Notes under the pieces: generated by a model
The model's database searches: none
Told to the model about the DNA's origin: nothing
What the model saw: the letters and a program-made list of their open reading frames with translations, nothing else
Part shown: positions 1-42,317 of the stretch, one piece after another
How the letters are laid out: the number at the start of each line of letters is the position of its first letter
Position numbering within the stretch: position 1 is the stretch's first letter
Made by a program: the position numbers and the translations under genes
DNA from: Amoebidium appalachense
Lineage: Eukaryota; Protista; Ichthyosporea
Length of the DNA stretch: 64,000 bases
NCBI GenBank assembly: GCA_963693365.1
Contig: CAVNZM010000002.1
Coordinates: forward strand, 10,906,328-10,970,327
Reading direction: 5' to 3'

Positions 1-41
<41 letters not shown>

Positions 42-115
42 GTGTGCACGTGTGCACGTGTGTATATACGTGTGTGTGTGTGCACGTGTGTGTGTGCACG
101 TATGCGTGTGTGTGT

Positions 116-174
<59 letters not shown>

Positions 175-712
175 TGTGCGCTGCATGTATAGTGTGCATG
201 ACGTGGAATTGAGTGTGAATACGTGTAGAAGGGTGTGGTGAAACGGATGTGCACGTGTAGGGGTGTGTGTACGTATACGTGTATGTCCGTGTAGGTGTGC
301 GCGCGTGTGTGTGAGCATAAGTGTATGAACTGCATGTAGATGATTGCGTACGTGTAAGATGTTTACGTGTGTTGAGTGCATGTGTGTGTGTGTTTTTGTT
401 TAGTGTAGTATGTGTGTCTGTCTATGTGTTGTCGTGCGCACGTAGTGTGTGTATGTGTGTGCGCATGTGCGTATGTGCGCACGCGTGTGATTGTGTAATG
501 CACGTGTGTTCGTGTGTCTCTGTGCGTGCGCGCGCGCGGGTGTGTACACGTGTGCACGTGTGCACGTGTGTGTATACGGGTGTGTGTGTGCACGTGTGTG
601 TGTGTGCACGTATGTGTGTGTGTGTGTGTGTGTGTTTATGCATGTGCACATATGTGTGTATGTATGTGTGTTTATGCGTGCGCACATGTATGTATGTATG
701 TGTGGCACTCAC

Positions 713-31013
<30,301 letters not shown>

Positions 31014-31099
31014 GACGGGCTAGGTCTATGCTGGCCATGCACACACTGTGCTGCCGTACTGTAAGCGATAAAGCAGAAGCGGTGCTCTGAGAGTAGTTT

Positions 31100-31330
31100 G
31101 AACACCGTGAAGTTCAATGGTAAACAGTGTTGTGAACAAACTTGCGGCTGTGTGGCTGTGCACGGTCTCGTGTCACTCGTGACGTCACAGGATGTAAGGT
31201 TTTGCTATACAAGGTTAAGAATAAAACAACATGATTGGATACAACATTTACTGCACAGTGATTGGCTTAAACTGCACCCGCTGGAATGCACCACATGCAC
31301 GAGCGCTCCGCTCCAGCCAGAGGCAGCCTA
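31100..31330 (-). promoter_or_regulatory. Putative LTN1 proximal promoter (CRE-like palindrome and two CCAAT boxes)
   Basis: GTGACGTCAC at 31179-31188; CCAAT on the minus strand at 31234-31238 and 31261-31265, about 165-250 bp upstream of the ATG, in repeat-free sequence. Confidence 0.4.
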
Positions 31331-31553
31331 CAATAAGGCCGCGGCTACATAACAGCTGTGTAGAGGAGTGCCCGGCACTCTCAATACTACACGGACAGCC
31401 TTTCAGAGAGGATGTCCATGTTATGCCAAAATCACACGCATACTGACACGGCAGATACCCCGAGGGTCCGCTTGGGGCTCTTTGACGTGCGGTGCGAGTC
31501 CTCGGCGGTGCCAAACTGATAAACTGGGCAACGAGTCCTGCATGTGATCATGC

Positions 31554-31800
31554 TACGCTGTTTACTCGAGGCAAAGAGAGACCAGTCTCAGGTATGGGGG
31601 GGGGTTTGCTCGGAATATCCCCTCAGCGGTATATCATGATCAAGTACATAGATGTCGGGTGATGATTATATATCAGGGTTTACTTTCTCTACGAGGCACC
31701 ATAAAGACTAAGAAAACCAATTAGTTGGGTTCCCCGTTTTTTTTTTCTTTTTTTTTTTTTTTTTTTTTTTCGGGCTCCCCTGGGACACTCGGTATCAGCT

Positions 31801-31898
<98 letters not shown>

Positions 31899-32583
31899 AG
31901 AATTTTGTAATGATGTGTTTCTCAAGCCAATCAACTCTAATAAACAGGTCATAGTTAAGTGTGTTTAGTATAAAATCAAGGATGTTGTAATATAATTTTC
32001 AGGTAGGCTATCTTTCTGGGTGTCTGTTGTGAATGTGTCGTGTGTGTGTTGCGGTATTATGTGGTCTATCAGACTACATTTGGCGATACATGATCGTTTA
32101 AACTGGTGTGCGTGTGTTGTTTGGGCATGTAAACGATGTCACCTTATACTTATTATTAGATCTCCACTGTATAGCACGTGTACAGTAAAAGCGTGGTAAG
32201 TGATCAATAATACCATCAGCTAGAGAAAGACCAGTTCTACAGGAAGGTAATATGTATTTTGGTGTTATGCATTTGCGAGTACCATATTTGGCAATATGGT
32301 TAAGGCGGTCATTATATAATAAAACGAGACATAATAAGGCTTAGTTTTTCAAGGTGTCTGCTTTCATCGGGTCTAGTGTCGCGTGGTATCTTTTTCCATT
32401 TGTTATATTGTGTAATTATTTTGTGATTATGTACATGTCTAATAAGTAAGTGGCAGTCCAAAGTCACACGCACACTTTTGCGGGGTTTATTTGTATTTGT
32501 GCCCGGGGAAGAAGGAGAGAGGGAGGGAAGGAAAGAGGGGAGAGGTGGGGAGGGGACAGGTCGGATAGAAAAGAGAGGGTGGG
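31554..32583 (-). mobile_element. 5'-truncated non-LTR retrotransposon, copy 1, between the divergent LTN1 and presenilin starts
   Basis: Colinear high-identity match to 60163-61172 starting at TACGCTGTTTACTCGAGGCAAAGAGAGACC; same decayed ORF C-terminus; shorter at the 5' end than copy 2. Confidence 0.85.
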
Positions 32584-33223
32584 CGTACGTACCGTCATGT
32601 ATACTAGCCTCCTGCAACTCAAAAGCTCGAACTCCTTTCCCGCATCCCCCCTCCTCCTCCTCTCCCCCCCCCCCCCTTCTCTTTCTCTTTCTCTTTCTCT
32701 CTCTCCCTCCCCCCCTCCCCCCCCCCCCCCCCCCCCTCCCCACCCCATCCCCCCTCCCGGCGGAAATTGCTGACAAGTTGACATTGTGACAACCCTGTAC
32801 CCTGGGGAATGATTGGTTGAATAAACCCATATTTAGGCAATCAGCACCCAGTTATGGTTACTACAGGCAGGGCTTCAAATTTTCTCGTTGGTGTAGGTGA
32901 GACGCACCTTCACTGGTATCAGTCAGTCGTACTGAGTTAGGGCATTGAGTTGTTTACTGTGTGCATAGTGCAATGCTCTACTAGGTGTGCAACTTCAACT
33001 GTCTGGATATCCATCTCTTGATAGATTCTTTCGCAGCTATACGTAACCCACCACCACACCTATGCCATAGGCGCACGGTTCCCCTCCGCCCAAGCATGGC
33101 CAAGTGCCCACCCACCACAGCCAGCCATACCCGCCAGAGTCGCCTCCCTTTGAGGTGACCTGACACGCACACACACAGGAAATAGAGGTGTCAGTTTAAG
33201 TTCGAGAGAAGCTATATTTGAAA

Positions 33224-33361
33224 ATGTCGCGCCAGTATGAGCCTTTGAGGGAGCGAGACGACATACCCATGCAGCCGCTGGGAGGAACGGGCAGCCACAG
33301 CTCAGAGGTGAGGCTCGGTGCATGCTGGGGGCAAGCCCCGCATATGGGCAGCTACTGGTTT

Positions 33362-33435
<74 letters not shown>

Positions 33436-33677
33436 GCACGTAAACGTAGTTGGTCCTGCATACACACACACACACGTTCGCAAGCATGCACACAAGCTTA
33501 TGTGTACACAAGTGTACTAACGCACACACGCACATTTAAACACACACGCGCGAATGCGTACATACACGCACGCACACACACACACGCACACATGCATGCA
33601 CACGCACACGCACACACACACAAACACACACGTATGCACACACGCACACACGCACGCGCACAAACACACACACACAC

Positions 33678-33741
<64 letters not shown>

Positions 33742-33745
33742 GTAC

Positions 33746-33777
<32 letters not shown>

Positions 33778-34597
33778 GTATACACCCGGCTGCTGGCCTG
33801 TGTGAGCTGTGTGTGCAGTCAAGGTACACACACACATTTCCACCCATACCTAGTCACCCATCCCCTCGTAGAAGCGGCGTACACACGTACAACCACACTT
33901 GTGCACACACAAACACATATGCAAATACACCCACCCTCCGTCGCTATCCCTCCTACCCTCTTTTCACCCTCCCCTAAATCCATTATACCCCCTCCCCCCC
34001 CCCCCGACCCCCTCCTCCCCCCTCCCCCCCCTCCCCCCTCCACGCTCCACCCCTACGCACACACAGCGCGCGTGCACATACACATCTTCAACCACTCACC
34101 CCCACTTTGCCCTCACCCACCCCTGCCCACTCACTGCGACTCTCAAAGTCCCATTTCACCTCCACCCCTCAACCACACCTAACAAACCATCTTCCCCCCC
34201 CCCCCCCCTGCAGCTCAGCGGGGAGCACTCCGGGGAGGTTGATGCAGCGGAGGAGCTCAAGTACGGGGCCAAGGCCGTGACGTCACTGATGGCCCCCGTT
34301 TCCCTGTGCCTGCTGGTGGTGGTGGCCACCGTGCGGTCTGTCAGCTACTTCAGCACAAACCCGGAGCACATATACCTGTGTGTGAAACCCCTCCCCCTCC
34401 CCCTCCCCCTCCCTCCCCTTCCACCCTTCCTCTCCCCCCACCACCAGCCGGGCCACCCCATGCCCCCCCCTCCCCCGGCCAAACCGATCCACCCCACCCC
34501 ACCACCCGGGCCACCCACGCACGGCCCCTCTCTCCCCCACCACCACCGCATATCACGTCCCATTGAAATAATTGAAAAAGATACACACGCGTGCGCG

Positions 34598-34667
<70 letters not shown>

Positions 34668-36285
34668 AAGGACACAAACATACACTCACTCACACAAGCA
34701 CCAATCACACAAAAACACGCACATGTGCACGTGCACGCACGCACACACACACACACAAACACAACCATCACACTACGACAAACATTCGCGCATTACATGA
34801 CAACCATTTGACATTCCAACACAGAGGTAATTCGTTATTGGCTCTGCCAAATCCTTTCTTCCACGATATTTGCTCGCATGTATGTCAAAAATACTGCGGA
34901 TTTGTGCCGGTTAAGAGCCGACACCCCTCCTCGTCTGCACCCCTCCCCCCCTCCCCCTGGGGCGCCCTCCCCCCCCCCCCCCCCCCCCCCCCCGCCCATC
35001 CACAGAGGATGGGCTCTGCTTATTATACATACTCTAAGTGGTTCACACTATGCATTGTGTTCTCCGTTGTAAGTGTGCTTCGTACTGCATGGTGCATTCA
35101 ATCCCCCCCCCCCCCCCCCCAGGCATTCTGACATCCTTCCTCTTCCGCTCCTTCCCCCCTCCCCCACGTCCCCAGCTCGGCATGCATATGTGCAATCCCC
35201 GCCCACCTCCCTCCTGTTTCACCATCCTCGTACGTCTCCCATCCCCTCTTTCATGTCTGCTGCCCACACCCCTCTCACACCCCACACCCCAGGCCCTATG
35301 CCAGTGTGTTTTCTGAGAAGCAGGCAAGCACCGGCATGGCCATTCTGAGTGCCGTGGGCAATGCCCTGATAGTCAGTGAGTGACACTTGGTCCCCCTTAT
35401 CCCATCCTGTTTCCTGCTGGCCGCGCACATGTACGTATTGTGTGTATGAGAGTGTGGGTGGGTGGGTGGATAGGTGTGTGTGGTTGTGTGCATGCATGCG
35501 TGCAAGCGCCCATGCGTGCCTGCCTGTGTGCGTGCCTGTGTGCGTGCATGCGTGTTTGTGTTTGTGTTTGTGGTTTATAGCTTTTCGTTTCTTTTTTTCT
35601 TTTCTTTCTTTCTTTCTTTTTTTTTTTTTTTTTTTTTGAGTGTTTTTTTGAGTGTTGTTGTGGCATGGGTAGTTGGTGGGAATGTGTTGGTGTATATGTG
35701 CATAGATGTTTATGTGTGTGTGTGCGTGTGTTGCAACCGCAGCCATATCTCACATCTGAATGCTGTACGGTGCCGTTTAGACCGCATTGCTGGTTTGTTT
35801 GCAAACATATATGCAGGTGCAAAGAAATAATGGGTGGAGCAGGTGTGTTGTTGATTTTCTAAATTGAAAAAAACTAAATGCATAGCGCTACTACATAAGT
35901 ACCCGCACTTCACACACACAAACACACACACACACACCTACACGTACATGCATAGACACACACCCACACTTACACCCACACACCTACAAACCCCCCCCCC
36001 CCCCCCCCCCCTCCCCCCCCCCCCCCCCTCCCCCTCCCTCCCCAACCCAACCCACACACACCACACACACACTTGGATCTTAGTTCACCACATACACCCA
36101 CTACTCGAATGCAACATAAAACACCACTGACCGGCAGTATCTCCACAGTTGGTGTTATCGTAGTGATGACCTTTCTCTTGGTCTGCCTGTTTAAGTGTAG
36201 ATGCTATAAGGTGAGCAAGCCTCTTTAACGAACAACCTTTTCGTATTCCCCCCATTCTCCCCCCCTTAAAGCCCCCCCCTCCCCC

Positions 36286-36375
<90 letters not shown>

Positions 36376-37267
36376 TGTGTGAGCGCATGTCTCTTGCTTA
36401 GCACCAAAGTGTCAAACCGCTCTCACGCTTTACACAAGTACCTCTAACACAGGACACTCTCTGCCTCCTTCCCTCCCTCCCTCCCCCCCCCCCCCCCCCC
36501 CCCCCCCCTCCGGGCGCATCTATGATTCCTGGCCCCGAAGGTCGGCTTAAGAGAGATTTGAATGTCGACGTTGGCATGGCATATTGCATGTGATTTGTGA
36601 CTTGCTTGGGTTACATGAATTGCCGAGGGTGACGTAAAGGGCACATTGTTTTTTTAAGGCGTATGTGGTGGTGGTGGTGGTGTGTGTAGGTGTGGGTGGA
36701 GAGGGGGGGCGGGACGGGCACGCCTTGGACGGTAACCCACCAGCATGATATTGACCATGTACTCATGTGGGTGGTGGGGATTGCAGGCCATACACGGGTG
36801 GCTGGTGTTTTCAAACGTGATGCTGCTGTTTGTCTTCGGCTTTGTCTACTTCCAGTATGTTGCCTGCCCTGGCCCGTTCCACAGTGGCCCCTGCACGCGC
36901 ATGTGTGCTTAGCACGCGCCGATTCTTGTGTGCTTTGTTGTGTCCGTTCATATTGGCTTTTTGTGTGTCCGTATGGGCAGGTGGTTAATCGATTGCAGAG
37001 TTAAATTCTATTTGGGGAGGGGGGGGGTAGCTTTAGGTGATTACCAACAGATCCCCTCGCCTTTTCTCTGACACTATGTGTGTGTGCTTTTGCTCATGGG
37101 TTATGTGCAGAAATAGGCGCCCGGCCTCATGCTGTGCGTTTTTCAGACGGTGTCTCTCGACTATCGAAGGTTATTTTTTGGGGGGTGGACGGAGGAGGGG
37201 AGGGGGCGACCTCACCTACTCACCATGCTTTCAAACAGATACCCCTGTCCTCCCCACCCCCCCCCCC

Positions 37268-37298
<31 letters not shown>

Positions 37299-37513
37299 AC
37301 GCACGCACTCACTCACTCACTCACTCACACTGACATAGCCCCTTCACACGCTGGCGTGAAAGCACGTGAACGCACTATAGTACGCGCATGCACACAGACA
37401 AACACACACACCCACACACACACACACAAACCACGCAACCCTCTACCACCCCACCCCCCTATCCTTTTCTCCTCCCCCCTCCCCCCCCCCCCACACCCAC
37501 CCACCAACCTCCC

Positions 37514-37588
<75 letters not shown>

Positions 37589-38014
37589 CAGGCAGCTTAT
37601 GATGCGACTCAATATTGCAATGGACTGGGTGACGACAGCAGTAGTCATGTGGAACTTTGGCATAGTGGGCATCCTGGCCATCTTCTGGAGGGCACCCCTC
37701 AGACTGACCCAGGGATATCTGATACTGGCAAGCGCACTGATGGTATGTTGTAGGTCCCCTGTGTGTGTGTGCCTTGGGGCCACATGTGGTTTGTGTGTTG
37801 AGCTAAGCATGTGTGTGAGTCTTTTTTTTTTCGGGGGGGGGGGGGAGGTTGTTTTGGGGCTTGACTTGGGGTGTTTTTGCTTGTGTGTGTATGCCCTTTT
37901 GTTGTTTTTTGTGCCGTGCTACATTCTGACATGCAATGTGGGTTTGGTGGGTTGATTGCTGCCCCCCCCCCCCCCCCTCCCCCCCTCCCCCCCCTCCCCC
38001 CTCTCTCCCCCCCC

Positions 38015-38052
<38 letters not shown>

Positions 38053-38133
38053 TCCCCCACCCCACCCACCCATCCACCCCTACCCCACCCCCCTCCAGCA
38101 CCTCCTCTCTTCCCCTCTTCCTTAATCGATTAC

Positions 38134-38166
<33 letters not shown>

Positions 38167-38208
38167 GGCCAATCAGAGCGCGGATTATGTTGCTCATTTT
38201 TCTCCTTA

Positions 38209-38241
<33 letters not shown>

Positions 38242-38530
38242 TCATCTCCCTCTTTAGCAAAGACAAGAATATGGATCACAGGTGGATTGGTTCATCACAT
38301 GGCATTTATCTGACCACTAGCTTGGGCCACACCCAGGCGCTGACCTTCCTAAAAAGGCTACCACCCTTCACCACGTGGGCCCTGCTGGGCCTGATTGCCA
38401 TATATGGTAGTGGCCCCGTCCTTTTTCTTGCTGTGTATAGCCATGCACATGCCTGCAACTGCAATTGTGTGTGTGCCGTTATGTACTGGGGTTTTGCACT
38501 GGATGCTTGCTGTCAGAGTGTGCATGTGTC

Positions 38531-38572
<42 letters not shown>

Positions 38573-38982
38573 CGCACGTACATGTGTAAATCCATGCACG
38601 TTGTTACCCTTTGTGTCAGCACACAAACACATGCTAATCGTGTGTGCGTACATCATGAATATTTTTCTTAGTGTGCCAGCATCATTGATGCGAATGTTGG
38701 TTTTGGCTCCTTCTCCTTCCTTATCCTCTCGAACCTCGCCTCCCCCCCCCCCCCCCCCCCCACCCCCCCACCCCCCACCCCCTTCCCCCCCGGGGGGAGG
38801 AAACCGGGCCACATAACCATGCAAGCTCCACCACAGCAACCATCACTAACCATGTGCACAGGTAAATACCTTGCTCCCTCACGACCACTAACGAATTCAC
38901 AAACATTCACACCCAAGCATACACATGCGCGCGCGCGCACACACACACACACGCACACACACGCACACACACACGCACACGC

Positions 38983-39076
<94 letters not shown>

Positions 39077-39638
39077 CTTATTGCCGTGCTGTGCCCTGGG
39101 GGCCCACTGAAGATGCTAGTGGAGGCTGCACAGGAGAGGAACGAGCCTCTGCTTCCATCCCTCGTCTACTCGTGTGAGTGTTTGCATAATGAATGTGTGC
39201 ACATGGCCTCTCAGCTGATCAATTTCCTCTTGTTCGCATCCATTATTACAATAAAACCAGCTTTTTCCCCGGGATTTTTGGGTGCATTGTAGTTCTTTCT
39301 ACAGGCAGATGGTGTTTTTCACCTCTAACTGAAAAACATATTTCAAGGCATATACTTGTAGTCCCAACAACTCGTACTTCCCCTTTCCACGTACATGCCT
39401 GAACAGCAGGAATGACAGTTTGCGGCTTCAGCGTTAACCCCATTGCACGGAATCACGAGTCTCTGAGCTGTTCTTCAACCCTTCTTCGTCCATGTCACAC
39501 CACTCTCAGTGCCGCTTAACAACTGTTTGCATGTGCAGGTGGGCAAAGGCTGATTTCTCCACCTTCGGCCCACCCTTCAACCTTATGCATGCACGTGCAC
39601 ATGCACGCACAAATACACATACCCACACACACACACAC

Positions 39639-39696
<58 letters not shown>

Positions 39697-39809
39697 GCCA
39701 CGGTGGTCTACACCATAGGCATGGCAGCGCCACCAGGTGATCACGTAGATGACGACATGCATGGGAGCAACACAAACCTCGCCCACGACGGTAATTGTCC
39801 CCTCCATTC

Positions 39810-39840
<31 letters not shown>

Positions 39841-42026
39841 AAAAAAAAAAAAAACATCTCCCCCCTATTCCCCCCTTCCCCCCCCCCCACCCCCACCCCC
39901 ACCCCCCGTCCCGGCAAAGACACACAGACACATGCGTGTCCGCGCGCACGCACACATTCGCGCGCACACTTACAGAGCGCGTGTGCATGCACACGTCCAC
40001 ATTGTATAGTCCACCCCAATCTCTTGTGCCTCATTCTCTGCAGCACCATAACCACCACATACTTTGCTATGGCGTGCTGAGAAACGCGATGAAAGGCTCA
40101 CACAGGGGAACGGGGGCAGAGGCGGGTGGGCGGGTGGTGGGCAGCCAGCGCCAGGAGGGGAGGGGGAGATGGGGGGGAGTTAATAGGGCAGGAAAGAGGA
40201 TGAGTGGGTGGCGTGTACTGGGGTGGCATTGGTTGTACTGGGGTAGGGTGGGGATGCAAGTTTTTCCAGCATGGATACAACTAGGCATATGCATGGGGAG
40301 TAGAGCGGGAACATGACAAGGGGGTTTATTTGGGGGGCAGGGGGGGGGGGGGCTTTATTCTGGTTTTGTGAAAACCCCCCTCTGTTGATGTGCTGACATA
40401 GGCCTAATAATTCAGCAGACGATAATGCCCAGTTGCTGAGACCGGAGTCAAGTTCCGTGTCACAACAGCCACAGAGAGAGGGGCCTGAGGAAGAGCCAGA
40501 GGATGAAGGTGGGTCGTGCTCGCTCGTATGGTGTAAACTCTTTTGGTTAGTCTGATAAGTTTCTTTCTCTCTTTTTTTTTTTTCAAACCCTAATTACCTG
40601 GCAAGGTTTTGAGTGGGTGTTGGGCGCATCACCCGGGGGCTTCTTTAGGGTTGGGGTCGATCCCTACTCTTGTCCACTATGTGCTTGTCTCTTCCCTCTG
40701 TTTTTTTTTTTTTTTGTGGAGTTAATGTGATTCTCTGGGGGGGGGGGGGGGGGGGGGGGGGGGGAGGGGGGAGGGGGGGAGGGGATAAGAGGGGAGCTCT
40801 TTTAACAATATTCTTATCCTTACTTGCAGGGGTGAAGTTGGGCCTTGGTGACTTCATCTTTTACAGGTAAGGGCCGATTTAGTACTGTGTGTGTGGATGT
40901 GGCTCTCTGTCTGCATAAGAAGACTTGCCAAGGGATGGAAGCAAAAAGAAGCAAGCTTCGTGCATGACATTTTGTACTTATGCCATATTTGGGTAATGGT
41001 GGTGCGGTGACGTGCAAAAGGCTAGAGAGGTGAGGTGAAATAAGGGGTCCCCCAAACGACCACCTAATATCGCTATGCCATATGACCCGGAGTTATGTGA
41101 TGCCCCACGTACAACATGTCACAATATGCTACAATTATGGTGACCTAAGAGCTCCCCTGGCTCCGTGTGGCCTGTGTGACTTAGTGAGTGCATGTGCCCA
41201 TGCAGTGTGCTGGTGGGCAAGGCCGCAGAGGAGAGGCAGTGGGGCACGGTCGTGGCTTGTGTCTATGCCGTCCTGGCCGTAAGTCAACCACCCCCACCCC
41301 CCAAACGCCCCTCCTTTTCTTGCTGTCCTTGCGGTAACTCAACCCTCCTCTTCCGGACCGGGGCGAAGCTCAGGTACTGTGGATGGCGTGGGCCCCACGG
41401 ATGGGCTCTGATTATTATACATAGCCTTTGTGTGGTTTGCACTCTTCATCGTGTTGGATACTGTTTGTGTGTACGTTGTACTTTATAGCGCATTCAACCC
41501 TCCCCCCCCCTCCCCTCCCCACGTTCCTTTTCTTGGCATCCTAGCCGTAAGCCAACCACCCCCCCCCCCCCCGGCCCTTTTTTCCTTATCCCCCTCTCCG
41601 CCCTGTTCATTGGTCCTTCCCTCCCCTGAATCACATGTAGTGCTTTTCCCACAATAATACTGTTTAGCCGCACCAGATGCCAGTCTCCCTTGAAGTTCTT
41701 CGCCTTTCCCATGGCTCCCCCATTTTCATGGCGAAGCACACACACCCCGACACCCACGACTAACAGGCTGTGCCACACACGCACACATGCGAACACAAAC
41801 ACATATGCACACACACGCACACATACACTCTCTCTTTCTCTCTCCCCACCTCTCTCCCTCCCCCCTCCCTCCCCCTCCCCCCCCCCCCCCCCCCCCCGCC
41901 CGCCCGGCCCTCCCTTCCTCTCTCCCTCTCCCTCCCTCCCTCCCTCCCTCCCTCCCTCCCTCCCTCCCTCCCTCCCTCCCTCCCTCCCTCCCTCCCTCCC
42001 TCCCTCCCTCCCTCCCTCCCTCCCTC

Positions 42027-42075
<49 letters not shown>

Positions 42076-42317
42076 CCTCCCCCCCCCCTCCCCCAACCCA
42101 TCAACCCACCCACCACCCACCCGTCCACTTACTCGCTCACTCACCCACCAACTAAATGCAGGGGCTGTGCCTGACGCTAGCCATCCTTGCCATTGTGCGC
42201 AAGGCACTGCCGGCCCTGCCGATATCCATTTTCCTGGGCCTGCTCATGTTCTTCACCACAGACATCATCATGAACCCACTGACAGAGATGCTGGGCTGCA
42301 ACCTCCTTTTCGTATGA
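33224..42317 (+). CDS. PSEN: Presenilin (gamma-secretase catalytic subunit, GxGD aspartyl protease), complete, 13 exons, ~410 aa
   Basis: Exons 33224-33307, 34214-34377, 35293-35375, 36149-36210, 36787-36854, 37592-37742, 38337-38406, 39075-39173, 39698-39790, 40416-40508, 40830-40866, 41206-41278, 42162-42317 (1233 nt, all GT-AG, in frame). Motifs [55 protein letters not shown] (catalytic YD), [19 protein letters not shown] (GxGD), [10 protein letters not shown] (PAL). Confidence 0.96.
35007..35105. repeat. Short dispersed repeat, copy A (presenilin intron 2)
   Basis: GGATGGGCTCTGCTTATTATACATA...GTGGTT..CACT..CAT.GTGTT...GTACT...GCATTCAA, colinear with 41399-41500. Confidence 0.65.
41399..41500. 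repeat. Short dispersed repeat, copy B (presenilin intron 12)
   Basis: GGATGGGCTCTGATTATTATACATA...GCATTCAA, diverged copy of 35007-35105. Confidence 0.65.
41925..42075. repeat. (CCCT)n plus (CT)n tract in the last presenilin intron
   Basis: Directly visible; pure pyrimidine strand. Confidence 0.9.

Noticed and set aside
40600-40675. tRNA/SINE-like motif GGGGTCGATCCC
   Set aside because: Lacks the GTTCRA core and a cloverleaf; no convincing A box.
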